64,000 nucleotides of DNA from Selaginella moellendorffii (GCF_000143415.4 NW_003314314.1:377771-441770), one strand, 5' to 3'; counted from the stretch's first letter, positions 41,349-55,939 are shown. Numbers and translations: made by a program. The notes: generated by a model not told the origin, from the letters alone.

Positions 41349-43306
41349 ATGGATCGCCCGGCCAGAATCTTGCTTCTTGTTCTTGCGTGCTGCTGCGCAT
41401 CGCTCTTCTTCCCGCTCGCCGCCGCCTCGAGAGCGCTCAAGGATCATCGACACCAGGGATTCAATGCTAGCGCCAGCGCCAGCGGAGCCATCGATAATCC
41501 CAGGTCCGATTTCTTCCCCAGGGTTTCTTGTTTCTTGGATGCTTCGATTCCTCGTTCTTGTCTGGATCAGTGCCCCTGCTTGGGCGAGATTTGGAGGAAT
41601 TCCTTTCGGATTTCCAGTCCCATTCCTGTTAGCTAGAGCATTAGGTGAGATGTGTTGATTGTCGAGGCAGAAGAGGTACTTCCTAGTCGTTGTTCTTCTG
41701 GTGGATTTCCACCAGGGAGATTCGAACCCCTGGTCTGGTCTCACTCTTACTGCCGAGATTCGAACGCGCGTCCTCTTTGTCCTTTGAAAAAATTTCGACT
41801 CACTCCGGGTCTTTTTCTCAGAGGGAATGGCACACAAAGGAGGGAAGCGTTCTCGCTACTGGGCTGTGGCAGCAGCGGCAATCCGATCGACGACTGCTGG
41901 CGCTGCGACTCAAACTGGCACAACAACCGCAAGCGCCTGGCCGAATGCGCGATTGGATTCGGCCGCAACGCGATTGGGGGTAAGAACGGGGAGATCTACG
42001 TCGTCACCGACTCGAGCGACGACGACCCAGTGAACCCCAAGCCCGGCACGCTGCGCTACGGCGTCATCCAGTCGGAGCCGCTGTGGATCATCTTCGAGCG
42101 CGACATGAGCATCCGGCTGAGCCAGGAGTTGATCGTCAACAGCTACAAGACGATCGATGGGCGAGGCGCCAACGTCGAGATTGCTCACGGCCCCTGCATC
42201 ACGATCCAGTACGTGTCCCATGTCATCGTCCACGGCATCGCGGTCCACGATTGCAAGCCTGGGGGACCGGCGATGGTGAGGAGCAGCACGACTCACTTCG
42301 GATGGAGGACGGTGTCGGACGGGGACGGGATTTCCATCTTTGGATCCAACAACATCTGGGTGGATCACTGCACGCTCGCACGCTGCACTGATGGTCTCAT
42401 CGATGCCATCATGGCTTCCACGGACATTACCATTTCAAACAACCATTTCAGCGACCATGACAAGGTGTGTGCTCTGCTCTCTCTCTTTTCTCCAAAGTAT
42501 TCCTTGTTTACAGCAATTCCCCGGACTGGGTTCTTGCATGGGTGTTTTTTTTCTTGATGTGTTCTTGCGTCTTTGCTCGCCAGGTTGCTTGGGTGATTGT
42601 TTTCTTTATGTGTTCTTGTGTGTTTGCTCGCTAGATTGCGTGTCTTGGAAGATTTCTGGTAGCGTAACTGGTTTTTCTCACGCTTGAGTTGTCGATTTGC
42701 AGGTGATGCTCCTGGGACACAACGACGATTACACTGCGGACCGGGCAATGCAAGTGACTGTAGCTTACAATCACTTTGGACAGGGTTTAATCGAAAGAAT
42801 GCCGAGGTCAGCCTCATCCTTTTGCTTTCTTAGCGCACGGGTTTGGCTTTTCTAAACTGGATTTCGTTTTCTTCTTTTGCTTTTGTAGATGCCGACACGG
42901 ATACTTCCACGTCGTCAACAACGATTACACCGAGTGGAGGATGTACGCCATTGGAGGCAGCGCGAACCCCACGATTAACGCCGAAGGCAATAGATTCTTT
43001 GCGGGATTCAACGAAAACTCGAAAGAGGTAACTCTTTACAACTTTTTGTTTGTATACACAAACCTCATGTTTGCTTCTAAACAGATAACAAAGCGAGAGT
43101 ACACGGAGGAATCCATATGGAAGAGCTGGAACTGGAGATCCGAGGGGAACTTGTTCCTGAATGGAGCGTACTTCATCACGTCTGGAGCTGGATCCGGGTC
43201 GGTCTACGGCAAGGCCTCGAGCCTCGCCGCCAAGCCCGCGGCCTACGTTGGTGAGCTAACTCTCTCGGCAGGAGCACTTCTCTGCGGCATAGGATTTCCA
43301 TGCTGA
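41349..43306 (+). CDS. pectate lyase (PL1 family), multi-exon
   Basis: Signal peptide, [41 protein letters not shown]|[29 protein letters not shown]. Confidence 0.96.
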
Positions 43307-43713
43307 CTTGAGGATGATCATCGCCATCGCCATCGCCAGTCGTCATCAGCAGCTGTACAGCAGTACTCCTATAGCTCCTCGATCGGTCTCGCCCTCTTAA
43401 TTAGCCACTGCGGACTACGATTTTTTTGAAGGTCTCGGACGGAATAAGCGGTGTTCCATCGCTAGAGGGGTGGTTACACGATGGAGAGAGAGAGAAAGAG
43501 AGGAGCTCCATCTCTCTTTTCCATCTCCATGGAAGCAAGAAGAAGAAGGAAAGTCTGGCAACCTCGGCCGGGAATGGAAGAACACTGGAAAGAGTTCTCC
43601 AGCCTTGGCGCGGAAGCGTTGTTTGTTTGCTCTTTCCATATGAAACAAAGAAAGTAGCTTTAAGTACCTCCGGAAGTTTTAGTTTTGCTTGATTATAACG
43701 CGAAGAACTTGTT

Positions 43714-45178
43714 CTAGCTCTTGCTTCCCTTGTGCTTAAACGCTGCCGGACACAAGTTACTAATCAAGCAGTCGCCACAGCGAGGACGAAGTGGAGTGCA
43801 AATGGTCTGACCAAATCCAACCTGCGAAGAAAATCGATGCATGAAAAAAACATGGAACAAAAGCGAACCAGCAATGGATTGATCGGAACCCATTCTTCCC
43901 TCGGCAGCCACGACTCTAGCGAGATCCGCGTCTCCTCTGGAGTTTTCGTGTCCTTTCAAAGCAAACAAGTATGGATCACAGTCTAGAGAGAACTTTGCTG
44001 GAAGAAACAACGTACCAAGCGTTTCTTGGATGTTGATTTTGGATGTGAGACCCATTCCAGCCGGTTTGTGATACGGTGGACGTGAGTGTCGACACAAATG
44101 CCATGCACGCTCTCCCAGCCGACGTTCATCACCTAGATAAAGTTTTGGAACTCCGAAGGAACAAAAGGAAGAACTTTGTTTTACCAGATGAGCCATCTTT
44201 GGGCCGATTCCAGGAAGAGCGAGGAGTTCACTGAGCGTTTTAGGAATGTCTCCTTGGTACTTTTCCAGGCACAGTGCCGCGACTTTCTTGAGATAACTGG
44301 CCTTTCTCGCATAGAAGCCAACCTTTCACGAGTCACAGGATCAGAAAAGAGTCGCGAACGCCAGAGTTTTCCGCACCGGATAGATCGCATCTCTGATTGT
44401 CGACTCTTCGGCTTTGGAGAGATCTTCCATCGACAACAAGTGCCGCTCCGAAAGCCGCTTCATCGCACCTGAGCAGGCTTAAAGTTAAGATCCGAGGGGT
44501 ATAGGAAACGATCAGAGTATCAAATAATAAACACCATGGTTTACTTCGTCTTTAGTCTGGCTGGAGAGCAGCGCAGATATGAGAACTGCAACTCTTCGCT
44601 CCTGAAAAGCGAAGAAAATCCATTTTGTTCTTCCAAGAAGAAGAAGAAACTAAAAACCTTTGGTGGAAGAGAGATTCCAGCTTTCTCGCATCCCATGGAG
44701 TCGACTGGGGCATCCTCAGAAGCTCTCATTTTGCGTATCCCTTCCAAAACTTCTTTCCACTTTGGAGGCTCTCCTGTTAGATGATTACTTTGCTACAAAT
44801 AAAGATGGAATAGAATTGAATAGAAGCGCTACCTTTCTTCTTTAAATCCATAGCTTGATTGCCATCGTCACAATTTCCCTATCGAAAGGAATGAAAAAAA
44901 GAAAGAAAGAGAAAGAAAGAATGCGAACCTCGTAAGAGACTTTTACAAATGCACGCTTGGAAGCCCTCTGGCTATGGACATTCGAAGAACTCCTTTTGTA
45001 AGTCCTAAGGCTGGAGGGGCTGGATTCCTGCTTGATCCTCCTCGGCACAAACGCATCGCTCTTGAGCTCAAACTCGGAGAAAACCGATGAAACATCGCGA
45101 TTCCTGCGATGCGCCTCACGAGAAAATGAGTGCATCAGACAAGAAAGGAAACTCACTGTGCAGGAGGAGGCGCGCCAT
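43714..45178 (-). CDS. NTH1: endonuclease III homolog (HhH-GPD DNA glycosylase/AP lyase), multi-exon
   Basis: [71 protein letters not shown] (4Fe-4S loop). Start codon approximate. Confidence 0.9.
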
Positions 45179-46562
45179 CGCCAGAAAACTCCGCCATTAG
45201 AATTAATCGAAGAAACCTAAAACCCTGCGATATGTTCCATCAGGAATGTAAAATAAAATTTGCTGATGCTATTGACCAGTCAACGAAAATTGTTGACCAC
45301 GTGTCCATTGACCGTGACCAGTCAACGATGGCCGATGGGTCAACGGCACGACTTGACTAAAATCTTCCGAAAACTCTTTAAAATTTGCTAGTATATAGCA
45401 ATTTTTTTCATAAAAAATAACTTGGTAACTAGAATGACTGAGTCACTTCATGATTATCAAAAAGAACAATATAGAAGAAGGTGCTCCCCTGGGTCTGTCA
45501 GTCTTTTGCAATGTCTTGGATTGAACCGGGGACCTCTACTGTGTGAGCCACCCAAGCTCATGAAACCTAGCTTCACTCTGTATCTCCAGTATTCTTTTCT
45601 CGATCATGGCTTGGAAGGCATACGCTGAAAGTCTCCTTCCAATTCACAATTGCTGATGAAGGTTGTGCCCAAGATCTAGGCACCGTGCACGAAATGCAAA
45701 GATAAGATTGTATCTCAGATCTATTACAACGTCTCAGGTACGTCCAAGAGAAATCTCTTCATGACAATAGAGCTGTTTCAAACTATATGCTTATATTCTG
45801 GAAGTGGATGATCCACACTACACATTCACTGACGATTTAAAAAAAATCATAAAGAAGAAGAAGAAGAGGAGTTCGAATCAGGAGATTTCTGAGCCAAACA
45901 AGGATAAACATGGCACCTGCTGTTGCTGCTCTTCTAGTGGTCTGAAGCTTGACCATTTCTAGAAGTTCTACGTTTTTTCACTTGCCAGCTTAATCTTATT
46001 CCCTTTTCTATTTTTATTTTTAGAGTCTCGACAAAGCCAATGTGGCCGATGAATTCTCGGCCAGCTCCATCTGACAGCCTGGTCGCTCGTCTCGTGAGGA
46101 AAGGTCTTCCATAACAACTTTATGAATTCTTCACATGACATTTTTTTAAGTTGTCGTCCACCTTGCCTCTGACTCCTTGTAGTACCGTTGGACACAATCT
46201 CACAAGTTCATGTCAAAGTCAATGCTTGTAAACAGGGACTTGACTTGAATAGTGCCTATAGCCAAACTTGCATTGCTTTTTATGAAGCTTTTACGATTCC
46301 CCGGAATGATTCCTTCATGCAGGCGTAACATCCTTGAAATTTAATCGCAACGATGGGAACGACCATTTCAACGTAGCACTCGCGTGCTCGGGATGTTAGA
46401 TGGACAATCCTATTGCAAGAAATTTTTTATGAAAGAAAACGAATGATCTGGTGCTCTACGTTAAACCCTCGTTCGAAATTTATTACAAGGAAAACAGAGA
46501 GGAGACATCGATCATCTCATCCACAACGAAAACTCTTTGTGATCAGCAATCAGTCCCGAATT

Positions 46563-46971
46563 CTAGCAGCAGCAGCAAGAGCAGCAGCAGCAGCAATCGT
46601 CCTTTGGCTTCGGCTTGGGCTTTTCCACCTTGATCTCCTGGAAGGATTCCACAGAAATACACTTGCGTTGCTTCTCGGTGGCCTTGAGGATGTCGTCCAC
46701 CTTGAAATCACCCGTGAAGGTGTAAAAGGGATCGTTAACCTCCACTTTCTTCACACCTGCAAGAGCACGAAGATCTCTTGATCAGCGATCAAAATTTGGG
46801 AGAATTTGCGGAAATCTACACTCACCGGAGACGCCGTGATAGATCTGAGACATAATCTTGTCCTTGCATTTGTTGCAAGAGTCCACTTTCAAGACAACCT
46901 GCAGCACAGAGCTCGAGATCAAACAAGGCTCAACGAAATCAGCCAGACGCAATGCTCACCTTCCAAGCCAT
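46563..46971 (-). CDS. small HMA-domain protein with poly-Cys tail, copy 4 (about 92 aa)
   Basis: MAWK|VVLKVDSCNKCKDKIMSQIYHGVS|GVKKVEVNDPFYTFTGDFKVDDILKA..KPKPKPKDDCCCCCSCCCC*. Confidence 0.85.
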
Positions 46972-47389
46972 CTTGATTGTCTACGAATTTGCAGATCACA
47001 GTTGTGAAATTCGCAGCTTTGACAAGCTTGAGACGCTAGATACCGGAAGACGGAGAAGCGGAAGAGAAGAGGGCCCTGCTGCTGACTGGGGAGACGTCAT
47101 CAATTTAAGCAGTCGGATGGAATGCTTTCCACGGTTTACGCCGTGTGGAAGCCGGTCTTTGTATGTATGATGAATCCCGCGCACGTTCGTAAAAAGAAAA
47201 CCTTTTTTTATTATAATACTTTTTATATCGAGACATAGGCGCCAAAGCCCTAATTTTTGGAACAGAAATGTAGATTTGAACTTGATGGTCTCGCTGGCGT
47301 GCAAGAGCTGGCGCGCTCACACCGGCGTGGAGCTCCACTTCTGCGATCGTCCACGACGCCATCTCCAGCGTCATCGCGTGCCTCCGCAA

Positions 47390-47962
47390 GGTCTGTTTAG
47401 AAGCAAACATGAGGTTTGTATACAGACAAAAAGTTGTAAGAGTTAACCTCTTTCGAGTTTTCGTTGAATCCCTTTGGCGTTAATCATGGGGATGGCTCCA
47501 GTCGGTGTAATCGTTGTTGACGACGTGGAAGTATCCATGTCGGCATCTACAAAAGCAGAAGAAGAAGACGAAATCCTGTTCGAACAGGGCAATGCAAGTT
47601 TACAATCACTTTGGACAGCATCCTTTTTCTTTCTTAGCTCACAGCAGCACGACATTCTGATCTGCGATCTACGAGATCCGAGCAACCCTACGTCGCGGCG
47701 CGGAATGGAGCGTACTTCATCACATCTGGAGTTGGATCCGGGTCGGTCTAGGGCAAAGCGTCGAGCCTCGCCGCCAAGCCGCGGCCTACGTCAGTAGCAC
47801 TTCTCTGCGGCACAGATTCCATGCTGACTAGTGATTATCATCGCCAGTCGTCATCAGCAGCTGTACAGCATTACTGGACTGCGGACTAATTGTTATCCCT
47901 CTTAATTATTTGAAGGTCTCGGAAGGAATAAGCTGGTGCAATATCATTTGAAGGATGGTTAC

Positions 47963-47999
<37 letters not shown>

Positions 48000-48190
48000 C
48001 CATCTCTCTCCTCCATCTCCATGGAAGAAAGAAGAAGGAAAGTCTGGCAACCTCGGCCGGGAATGGATGAAAACTGGAAAGAGTTCTCTAGCCCTGACAC
48101 GGAAGCGTTCTCTCCATTTATGAAACAAAGAAAGAAGTTGTACCTTTGGAAGTTTTGCTTGATCGTATCCTGAAAAACTTCTTAGCTCTT
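47390..48190. pseudogene. scrambled pectate lyase exon and 3'-flank fragments, both orientations
   Basis: 47395-47580 are inverted copies of about 42860-43085. 47700-48190 is a direct, deleted copy of about 43160-43720. Confidence 0.8.
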
Positions 48191-49161
48191 AATAGATCAT
48201 ATGTGGATAAAAGATATAATGGAATAGTGCTAGTTGCTGCAACACAATGTGCAGCAATTTATTTTGTGTTGCTGATTAGGCAAATGGGAGAGTTTGAGAA
48301 TATTCACAACATATTATTATTCTATAAATGTGATAACATAATAGAATGCTTATTACTATTTAACATTTATTCCTTGGAGAAACTACATGGTTAACTAAAC
48401 TAAAGATAAGGTAGTACCAACTTGAGGAACACCCAATTGCTGGTCTGACGAATGAGCCTAGCAGCTCATCTAGACAAAAAGTGGGGTGAATCTAGTAGGC
48501 CAGGGCATTGAGATGGAACAGCTGTTTGCAGGGCAGAAATGTGCTCAAGGACTTGTATACGTATGCGGATCCATCATACACGTGGTGCTCTCTCTCCAGG
48601 AGTGCAGATGAAAGATATGTGGATTATATTGCCCAGCTCCTGTTCGACGATCTGCTGCCTCCACCTTAATTGTCTTGGGAAATCACAGCTTTGATCGCAA
48701 CTGAGACACTAGATACCGAGTCGGAGAGACGGAGACCGGAGAGGGCAAGCCGTACATACTTGGGGCGAAAGATGGACTGCTGGTTCTAGATTAATCATAG
48801 ATTAATATAAGTAATTTGAATTATATCCCAGCAAGCTACATACGGCAACTCGCATTACTTTTTCGAAGCTTCTACGATTCCCCGCTGATTCCTTTATGCA
48901 GGCTTTGTGTGTCAACATCCTTGAAATTTAAACATTTCCGCTCCCCCAAAGATGGGAAGAACCATTTCAACGTAGCACTCGCATGCTCTGGATGTTAGAA
49001 TCTCAATCCTATTGCAACAAAAATTTGGTGAAATACACCGAATGATCAGGTGCTCTACGTTAAACCCTCGTTCGAACTTGATTACAAGGAAAACAGAGAG
49101 GAGAGATCGATCATCTCATCCACAACAAAACCTATATATGATCAGCAATCAGTCCCGAATT

Positions 49162-49570
49162 CTAGCAGCAGGAGCAAGAGCAGCAGCAGCAGCAATCGTC
49201 CTTTGGCTTCGGCTTGGGCTTTTCCACCTTGATCTCATGGACGGATTCCACAGAAATACACTTGCGTTTCTTCTCGGTGGCCTTGAGGACGTCGTCCACC
49301 TTGAAATCACCCGTGAAGGTGTAAAGGGGATCTTTAACCTCCACTTTCTTCACACCTGCAAGAGCACGAAGATCTCTTGATCAGCGATCAAAATTTGGGA
49401 GAATTTGCGGAAATCTACACTCACCGGAGACGCCGTGATAGATCTGAGACATCATCCTGTCCTTGCATTTGTTGCAAGAGTCCACTTTCAAGACAACCTG
49501 GAGCACAGAGCTCGAGATCAAACAAGGCTCAACGAAATCAGCCAGACGCAATGCTCACCTTCCAAGCCAT
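49162..49570 (-). CDS. small HMA-domain protein with poly-Cys tail, copy 5
   Basis: MAWK|VVLKVDSCNKCKDRMMSQIYHGVS|GVKKVEVKDPLYTFTGDFKVDDVLKA..KDDCCCCCSCSCC*. Confidence 0.85.
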
Positions 49571-50234
49571 CTTGATTGTCTACGAATTTGCAGATCACAG
49601 TTGTGAAATTCGCAGCTTTGACAAGCTTGAGACACTAGATACCGGAGGACGGAGAAGCGGAAGAGAAGAGGGCCCTGCTGCTGACTGGGGAGACGTCATG
49701 AATTTATATCCGAGCAGCAGTCGTTCCACTCCGTTTACGCAGAAAGTTTCCCGTAGGAATTGCCGTGTGGAAGCCGTGTTTGTAATCCCGCGCACGTTCG
49801 TAAAAAGAAAACGTTTTTTTATTATAATACTTTTTATATCGAGACCTAGAATCCATTTGGCGCCAAAGCCCTAATTTTTTGAACAGAAATGTAGGGTTTC
49901 ATCTTGATGGTCCCTGGCGCGCTCACACCGCCTGGATCGGCACGCTCGTCGTGCGGTGGAAGATCGCCCCCAATTCGACAGCCAGGGCGTCATGATCCAG
50001 GAGGAGCGCCGCCGAATCTGTGGCAAGCACGGCGTGGAGCCCCACTTCTGCGATTGCGTCCACGACGCCATCTCCAGCGTCATCGCGTGCCTCCGCAAGG
50101 TCTGGTAACTGGATCTTTGCGAGCTTCGAATTCGCGGATGGATTGGAGTACCTCTCCTCGGGGATGCCAGCGAGTTCCAGCGGCGTTTTGGAGAATCTCT
50201 TCACGCCGTCCATGCAAGAAAGCGCTCAAGGGGT

Positions 50235-51612
50235 TCCTGCAAGCGCTTGGCGGAATGCGCGATTGGATTCGGCCGCATGGTGTAAGACTCGATCTTTGGG
50301 TCCGTCCAACAACATCTGGCACGCTCGCTCGCTCCACTGATGGTCTCATCGACGCCATCATGGCTTCCACGACAAGGTGAGTGCTCTGCTCTCTCTTTTC
50401 TCCAAAGTTTTCCTTGTTTACAGCATTTCCCCGGAACAGTTACGATACCAGAAATCTTCGAGCGAACACACAGGAACACATAAAGAAAGCAATCACCCAA
50501 ACAATCTGGCGAGCAAAGACGCAAGAACACATCAAGAAAAAAACCACCCATGCAAGAACCCAGTTTTATTCACGCTATTTGCAGGCTCAGATCTCCAGTT
50601 CCAGCTCTTCCAGATGGATTCCTCCGTGCACTCTCGCTTTGTTATCTGTTTAGAAGCAAACACGAGGTTTGTATACAGACAAAAAGTTGTAAGAGTTAAC
50701 CTCTTTCGAGTTTTCGTTGAATCCCGCAAAGAATTTATTGCCTTTGGCGTTACCTCCAATGGCTCCAGTCGGTGTAATCGTTGTTGACGACGTGGAAGTA
50801 TCCATGTCGGCATCTACAAAAGCAGAAGAAGAAGACGAAATCCTGTTCGAACGGGGCAATACAAGTTTACGATCACTTTGGACAGCATCCTTTTTCTTTC
50901 TTAGCTCACAGCAGCACGACATTCTGATCTGCGATCTACGAGATCCGAGCAACCCTACGTCGCGGCGCGGAATGGAGCGTACTTCATCACATCTGGAGCT
51001 GGATCCGGAAGGAATAAGCGAGCGTGTTCCATCGCTAGCTCCATCTCTCTCCTCCATCTCAATGGAAGAAAGAAGAAGGAAAGTCTGGCAACCTCCGCCG
51101 GGAATGGATGAACACTGGAAAGAGTTCTCTAGCCCTGGCACGGAAGCGTTCTCTCCATTTATGAAACAAAGAAAGAAGTTGTACCTCTGGAAGTTTTGCT
51201 TGATACTTCTTAGCTCTTGCTTCCCTTGACATGCCTAAACGCTGCTTGACACAAGTTAGTAATGAAGCAGTCGCCACAGCAAGGCCAAGCGGATTGCAAA
51301 TGGTCTGACCAAATCCATGCATGAAAAAAACATGGAACAAAATGGATTGATCGGAACCCATTCTTCCCCCGGCAACCACGACTCTAGCGAGATCCACGTC
51401 TCCTCTGGAGTTTTCGTGTCCTTTCAAAGCAAACAAGTATGGATCACAGTATAGAGAGAACTTTGCTGGAAGAAACAACGTACGAAGCGTTTTTTTGGAT
51501 GTTGATTTTGGATATGATACGCATTCCAGTCGGTTTGTAATCCGGTGGACGTGAGTGTCGACACAAATGCATGCACGCTCTCCACGTTCATCACCTACAT
51601 AAAGTTTTGGAA
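50235..51612. pseudogene. scrambled pectate lyase fragments plus a 3' fragment of NTH1
   Basis: Direct PL exon-2 remnants (50237-50420), inverted PL intron-2 and exon-4/5 pieces (50430-50880), and NTH1 3' exons ([22 protein letters not shown]) at about 51210-51610 on the minus strand. Confidence 0.8.
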
Positions 51613-52423
51613 GGCAAAATGATTTATAAATAAAATATAAATGAGACAAAACAGATATAAAGCTATAATATATAAATAAAAAATACATATAACTCAATAT
51701 ATTATTCTAAATGAACAAATAAACGAACACAACGAAAAAATAATATAGTATACACAAGGTACAACATGAATATGGAAATTCCTGTCCTACAAATTTCAGC
51801 TTACCAAATAACACAAGAAAAATACAAATACTATATAAAATATTACATTTAAAAAAGAAAATAGCAATTGAAATAACACAAAAAATAGCAACGGAAAATG
51901 AACTAGTAAATGGAGCAGATGGAGTATTATAAAATGTAACCCATATCAAAGAAGAAAACATAATAGATAGAATCCCCAAATATAGAAACAGGTGAAAAAA
52001 CAAAAGCTAAAGAGTAAATAAAAATAATTTTAAAAAACAAGATACCAATAAGAAAAGTAACAAGAATAATAAATATTGCTAAAATCCAAAATTATGTTTT
52101 AAACAGAACCCACCATATGTAGGAAGAATAATACACAGAGCTTAAGGATCAACAGTAAAACAATTAGAATATGACCTGTATAAAACAAAATATCAAAGAC
52201 AAGCATATATAACATTATCAAGAGCACAAACATTAGAGGTAATAAAGATGCAGCTAAAGACATAATAAGAATGACAACAGAAGCACCATGGCAAATTAAT
52301 TTAATAGATTTACAAAAAGAGAAAAAATCTAACCAAACTAATACAAGTTTTAAATATAACATCTGTTACATCATATCAAGAAGATATAAAGAGTGTTTCA
52401 ATATTATTATTATTAAATATAAT

Positions 52424-52426
<3 letters not shown>

Positions 52427-52499
<73 letters not shown>
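52427..52499. repeat. (TA)n microsatellite within an AT-rich block (about 51613-52900)
   Basis: Long uninterrupted TA run. Confidence 0.95.
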
Positions 52500-52503
<4 letters not shown>

Positions 52504-54041
52504 ACCCATATAGCAATATTTCATACAAATGACTATAAATCAGAAAAATTAAAACATTTAAAAACAGAAAAAATGGCAATGTCATATATATCACTAGTGA
52601 AAAATAATAAATAAATACAAATACTAAATTTACATAGAAAACCTGGAACAATTATATAAATATTTATAAAATAACTACATATGTATATATATATATAAAA
52701 TAATTACAGGAAATTTCAATATTGACTATCAAAATGAAGAAGCAAAACCAATGGAGATATATATAAATAATAAAAGACAATACACATTATAAGAAACTAA
52801 TAGATCATATGTGGATAAAAGATATAATGAAGTAGTACCAGCATACTGGACAGATCAAAACAAATTATATAGTAAAAAATATTAAAAAAAAAAAAACAAA
52901 ACAAGCATTGCTGCAACACAATGTGCAGCAATTTATTTTGTGTTGCTGATTACGCAAACTGTTATAAATGGGAGAGTTTGAGAATATTCACAAAATATTA
53001 TTATTCTATAGCGGGGATTTAATGTGCTAGGGCTGGCGGCCGGACGAGGCCGTGATGGCGGGGATGATCGAGTCGTGCTGCAACATAATTGAATGTTTAT
53101 AATGTTAAACCTTTTTACTATGTAACATTTATTCCTTGGAGAAACTACATGGTTAACTAAACCAAAGATAACTGGTCATCTAGCAGAACACCCAATTGCT
53201 GGTCTGACGAATGAGCCTAGCAGCTCATCTAGACAAAAGTGGGATGAATCTAGTTGCCATAAAACTTAGGCCAGGGCATTGAGATGGAACAGCTGTTTGC
53301 AGGGTGACAGCCCATGACAGTGGAAAGAAGAGTGGGATGAGGGATCCTTGTCCTCGCAGTTGAGCAAAAACTGGATGTATGCGGATCCATCATACACGTG
53401 GTGCTCTCTCTCCAGGAGTGCAGATGAAAGGTATGTGGATTATATTGCCCAGCTCCTGTTCGACGATCTGCTGCCTCCACCTTAATTGTCTTGGGAAATC
53501 ACAGCTTTGATAGCAGCTGAGACACTAGATAGACGGAGAGCGGAGAGGGCAAAGCCGTACATACTTGGAGCGGAAGATGGACTGCTGGTTCTATATTAAT
53601 CATAGATTAATATAAGTAATTTGAATTATATCCAAATCTGAACAAACCATAAACCTGTAGACCAAGTCAATGTTTTGAACGAGGATTTGACTTGACCATT
53701 GAATAGTCAAGCACGTTCACACAGGTTAGCAAGCTACGTACAGCACGCATTACTTTTTTGAAGCTTCTATGATTCTCCCACTGATTCCTTCATGCAGGCT
53801 TTGTGTGTCAACATCCTTGAAATTTAAACATTTCCGCTCCCGTAAAGATGGGAAGGACCATTTCAACGTAGCACTCGCGTGCTCTGGATGTTAGATTGAC
53901 AATCTCAATCCTATTGCAACAAAAACTTGGTGAAAGAAACCGAAACCCCTCGTTCGATTTGATTAGAACTTACATGAGAGGAGAGATTGATCATCTCATC
54001 CACAACAAAACCTCTCTATGATCAGTAATCAGTCACGAATT

Positions 54042-54445
54042 CTAGCAGCAGCAGCAAGAGCAGCGGCAGCAGCAGCAATCGTCCTTTGGCTTGGGCTTTT
54101 CCACCTTGATCTCCTGGACGGATTCCACAGAAATACACTTGCGTTTCTTCTCGGTGGCCTTGAGGATGTCGTCCACCTTGAAATCACCCGTGAAGGTGTA
54201 AAGGGGATCGTTAACCTCCACTTTCTTCACACCTGCAAGAGCACGAAGATCTCTTGATCAGCGATCAAAATTTGGGAGAATTTGCGGAAATCTACACTCA
54301 CCGGAGACGCCGTGATAGATCTGAGACATCATCCTGTCCTTGCATTTGTTGCAAGAGTCCACTTTCAAGACAACCTGCAGCACAGAGCTCGAGATCAGAC
54401 AAGGCTCAACGAAATCAGAGACGCAATGCTCACCTTCCAAGCCAT
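54042..54445 (-). CDS. small HMA-domain protein with poly-Cys tail, copy 6
   Basis: MAWK|VVLKVDSCNKCKDRMMSQIYHGVS|GVKKVEVNDPLYTFTGDFKVDDILKA..KPKPKDDCCCCRCSCCCC*. Confidence 0.85.
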
Positions 54446-54934
54446 CTTGATTGTCTACGAATTTGCAGATCACAGTTGTGAAATTCGCAGCTTTGACAAG
54501 CTTGAGACACTAGATACGGAATGAAGAGGGCCCTGCTGCTGACTGGGGAGACGTCATGAATTTATATCCGAGCAGCAGTCGGATGGAATGCTTTCCACTC
54601 GTTTTACGCGGAAAGTTTCCCGTAGGAATTGCCGCGTGGAAGCCGTCTTTGTATGTACGATGAATCCCGCGCACGTTCGTAAAGAGAAAACGTTTTTTTT
54701 ATTATAATACTTTTTATAAGACCTATAATCCGTTTGGCGCCAAAGCCCTAATTGTTTGAACAGAAATGTAGGGTTTGATCGCTGGCGTGCAAGACCTGGC
54801 GCGCTCACACCGCCTGGATCGGCACTGTTGTCGTGCGGTGGAAGATCGCCCCCAATTCGACAACCAGGGCGTCATGATCCAGAAGGAGCGCCGCTCGAAT
54901 CTGTGGCAAGCACGAAACAAAGAACAAGGCCAGA

Positions 54935-55750
54935 GAACTCTGGCCGAGGTTGCCAAACTTTCCTTCTTCTTTCTTCTATGAAGATGGAGATGGAGCTCCA
55001 ATCTCTCTCCATCATGTAACCATCCTTCTAGCGATGGAACACACTCACTTATTCCATCCAGAAACCTTTAAAACATCATAGCCCGCAGTGGATAATTAAG
55101 AGGGCGAGACCGATCGACAAGAATGTTGTACAGCTGCTGATGACGACTGGCGATGGCGATGATCATCCTCAAGTCAGCATGGAAATCCTACTCCGCAGGG
55201 AATTGCTCCTGCCGAGAGAGTTAGCTCACCAATGTAGGCCGTGGGCTTGGCAGCGAGGCTCGAGGCTTTGCCATAGACCGATCCAGCTCTCCAGACGTGA
55301 TGAAGTACGCTCCATTCAGGAACAAGTTCTTCCCGGATCTCCAGTGCCAGCTCTTCCAGATTGATTTCTCAGTGTACTCTCGCTTTATGATCAAACATCA
55401 GTTTTGTAGCCTATACAAAGAAAAAGTTCAAAAAAGCTTTACCTCTTTCGAGTTTTTGCAAAGAATGTATTGCCTTCAATTGTGGGATTTGCGCTGCCTC
55501 CAATGGCGTACATCTTCCATTCTGTGTAGTCATGGTTGACAATGTGGAAGTATCCGTGTCGGCATCTACCAAAGCAAAAGAAGAATACGAAATCCAGTTA
55601 GAAAAGCCAAACCCGTGCGCAAAGAAAGCAAAAGCGTGAGGCTGACCTCGGCATTCTTTCGACTAAACCCTGTTTAAAGTGATTGTAAGCTACAGTCACT
55701 TGCATTGCCCGGTCCGCAGTGTAATCGTCGTTGTGTCCCAGGAGCATCCA
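54935..55750 (-). pseudogene. inverted copy of the pectate lyase 3' exons and 3' flank
   Basis: Reverse complement of about 42700-43580 ([39 protein letters not shown]) with substitutions and indels. Confidence 0.85.
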
Positions 55751-55939
55751 AAGCGTGAAAAAAAGGAGATCTAGGAGGTGTGAGCGTGCCAGGCCTTGCA
55801 GACCGTCAGCAACAAAAGGAGATTGAGAGCGTGGTACCGGAAGATCTGGAGAAAGCGCTCCAAGAAAGAGATTTCTTTCAAAAAATTATGACAAATTTGA
55901 AAAACTCAGTTGGCGGTCAATTGGCGCCAAAATCCAAAA

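Noticed and set aside
41705-41770. B-box/T-arm-like sequence (reverse GGTTCGAATCTCCCTGGTGG) in pectate lyase intron 1
   Set aside because: No D-arm or anticodon arm could be built. At most a tRNA/SINE remnant.
45510-45555. tRNA-Val(CAC)-like 3'-half fragment on the minus strand
   Set aside because: The 5' half is missing and the acceptor stem is broken, so it is not a functional tRNA.
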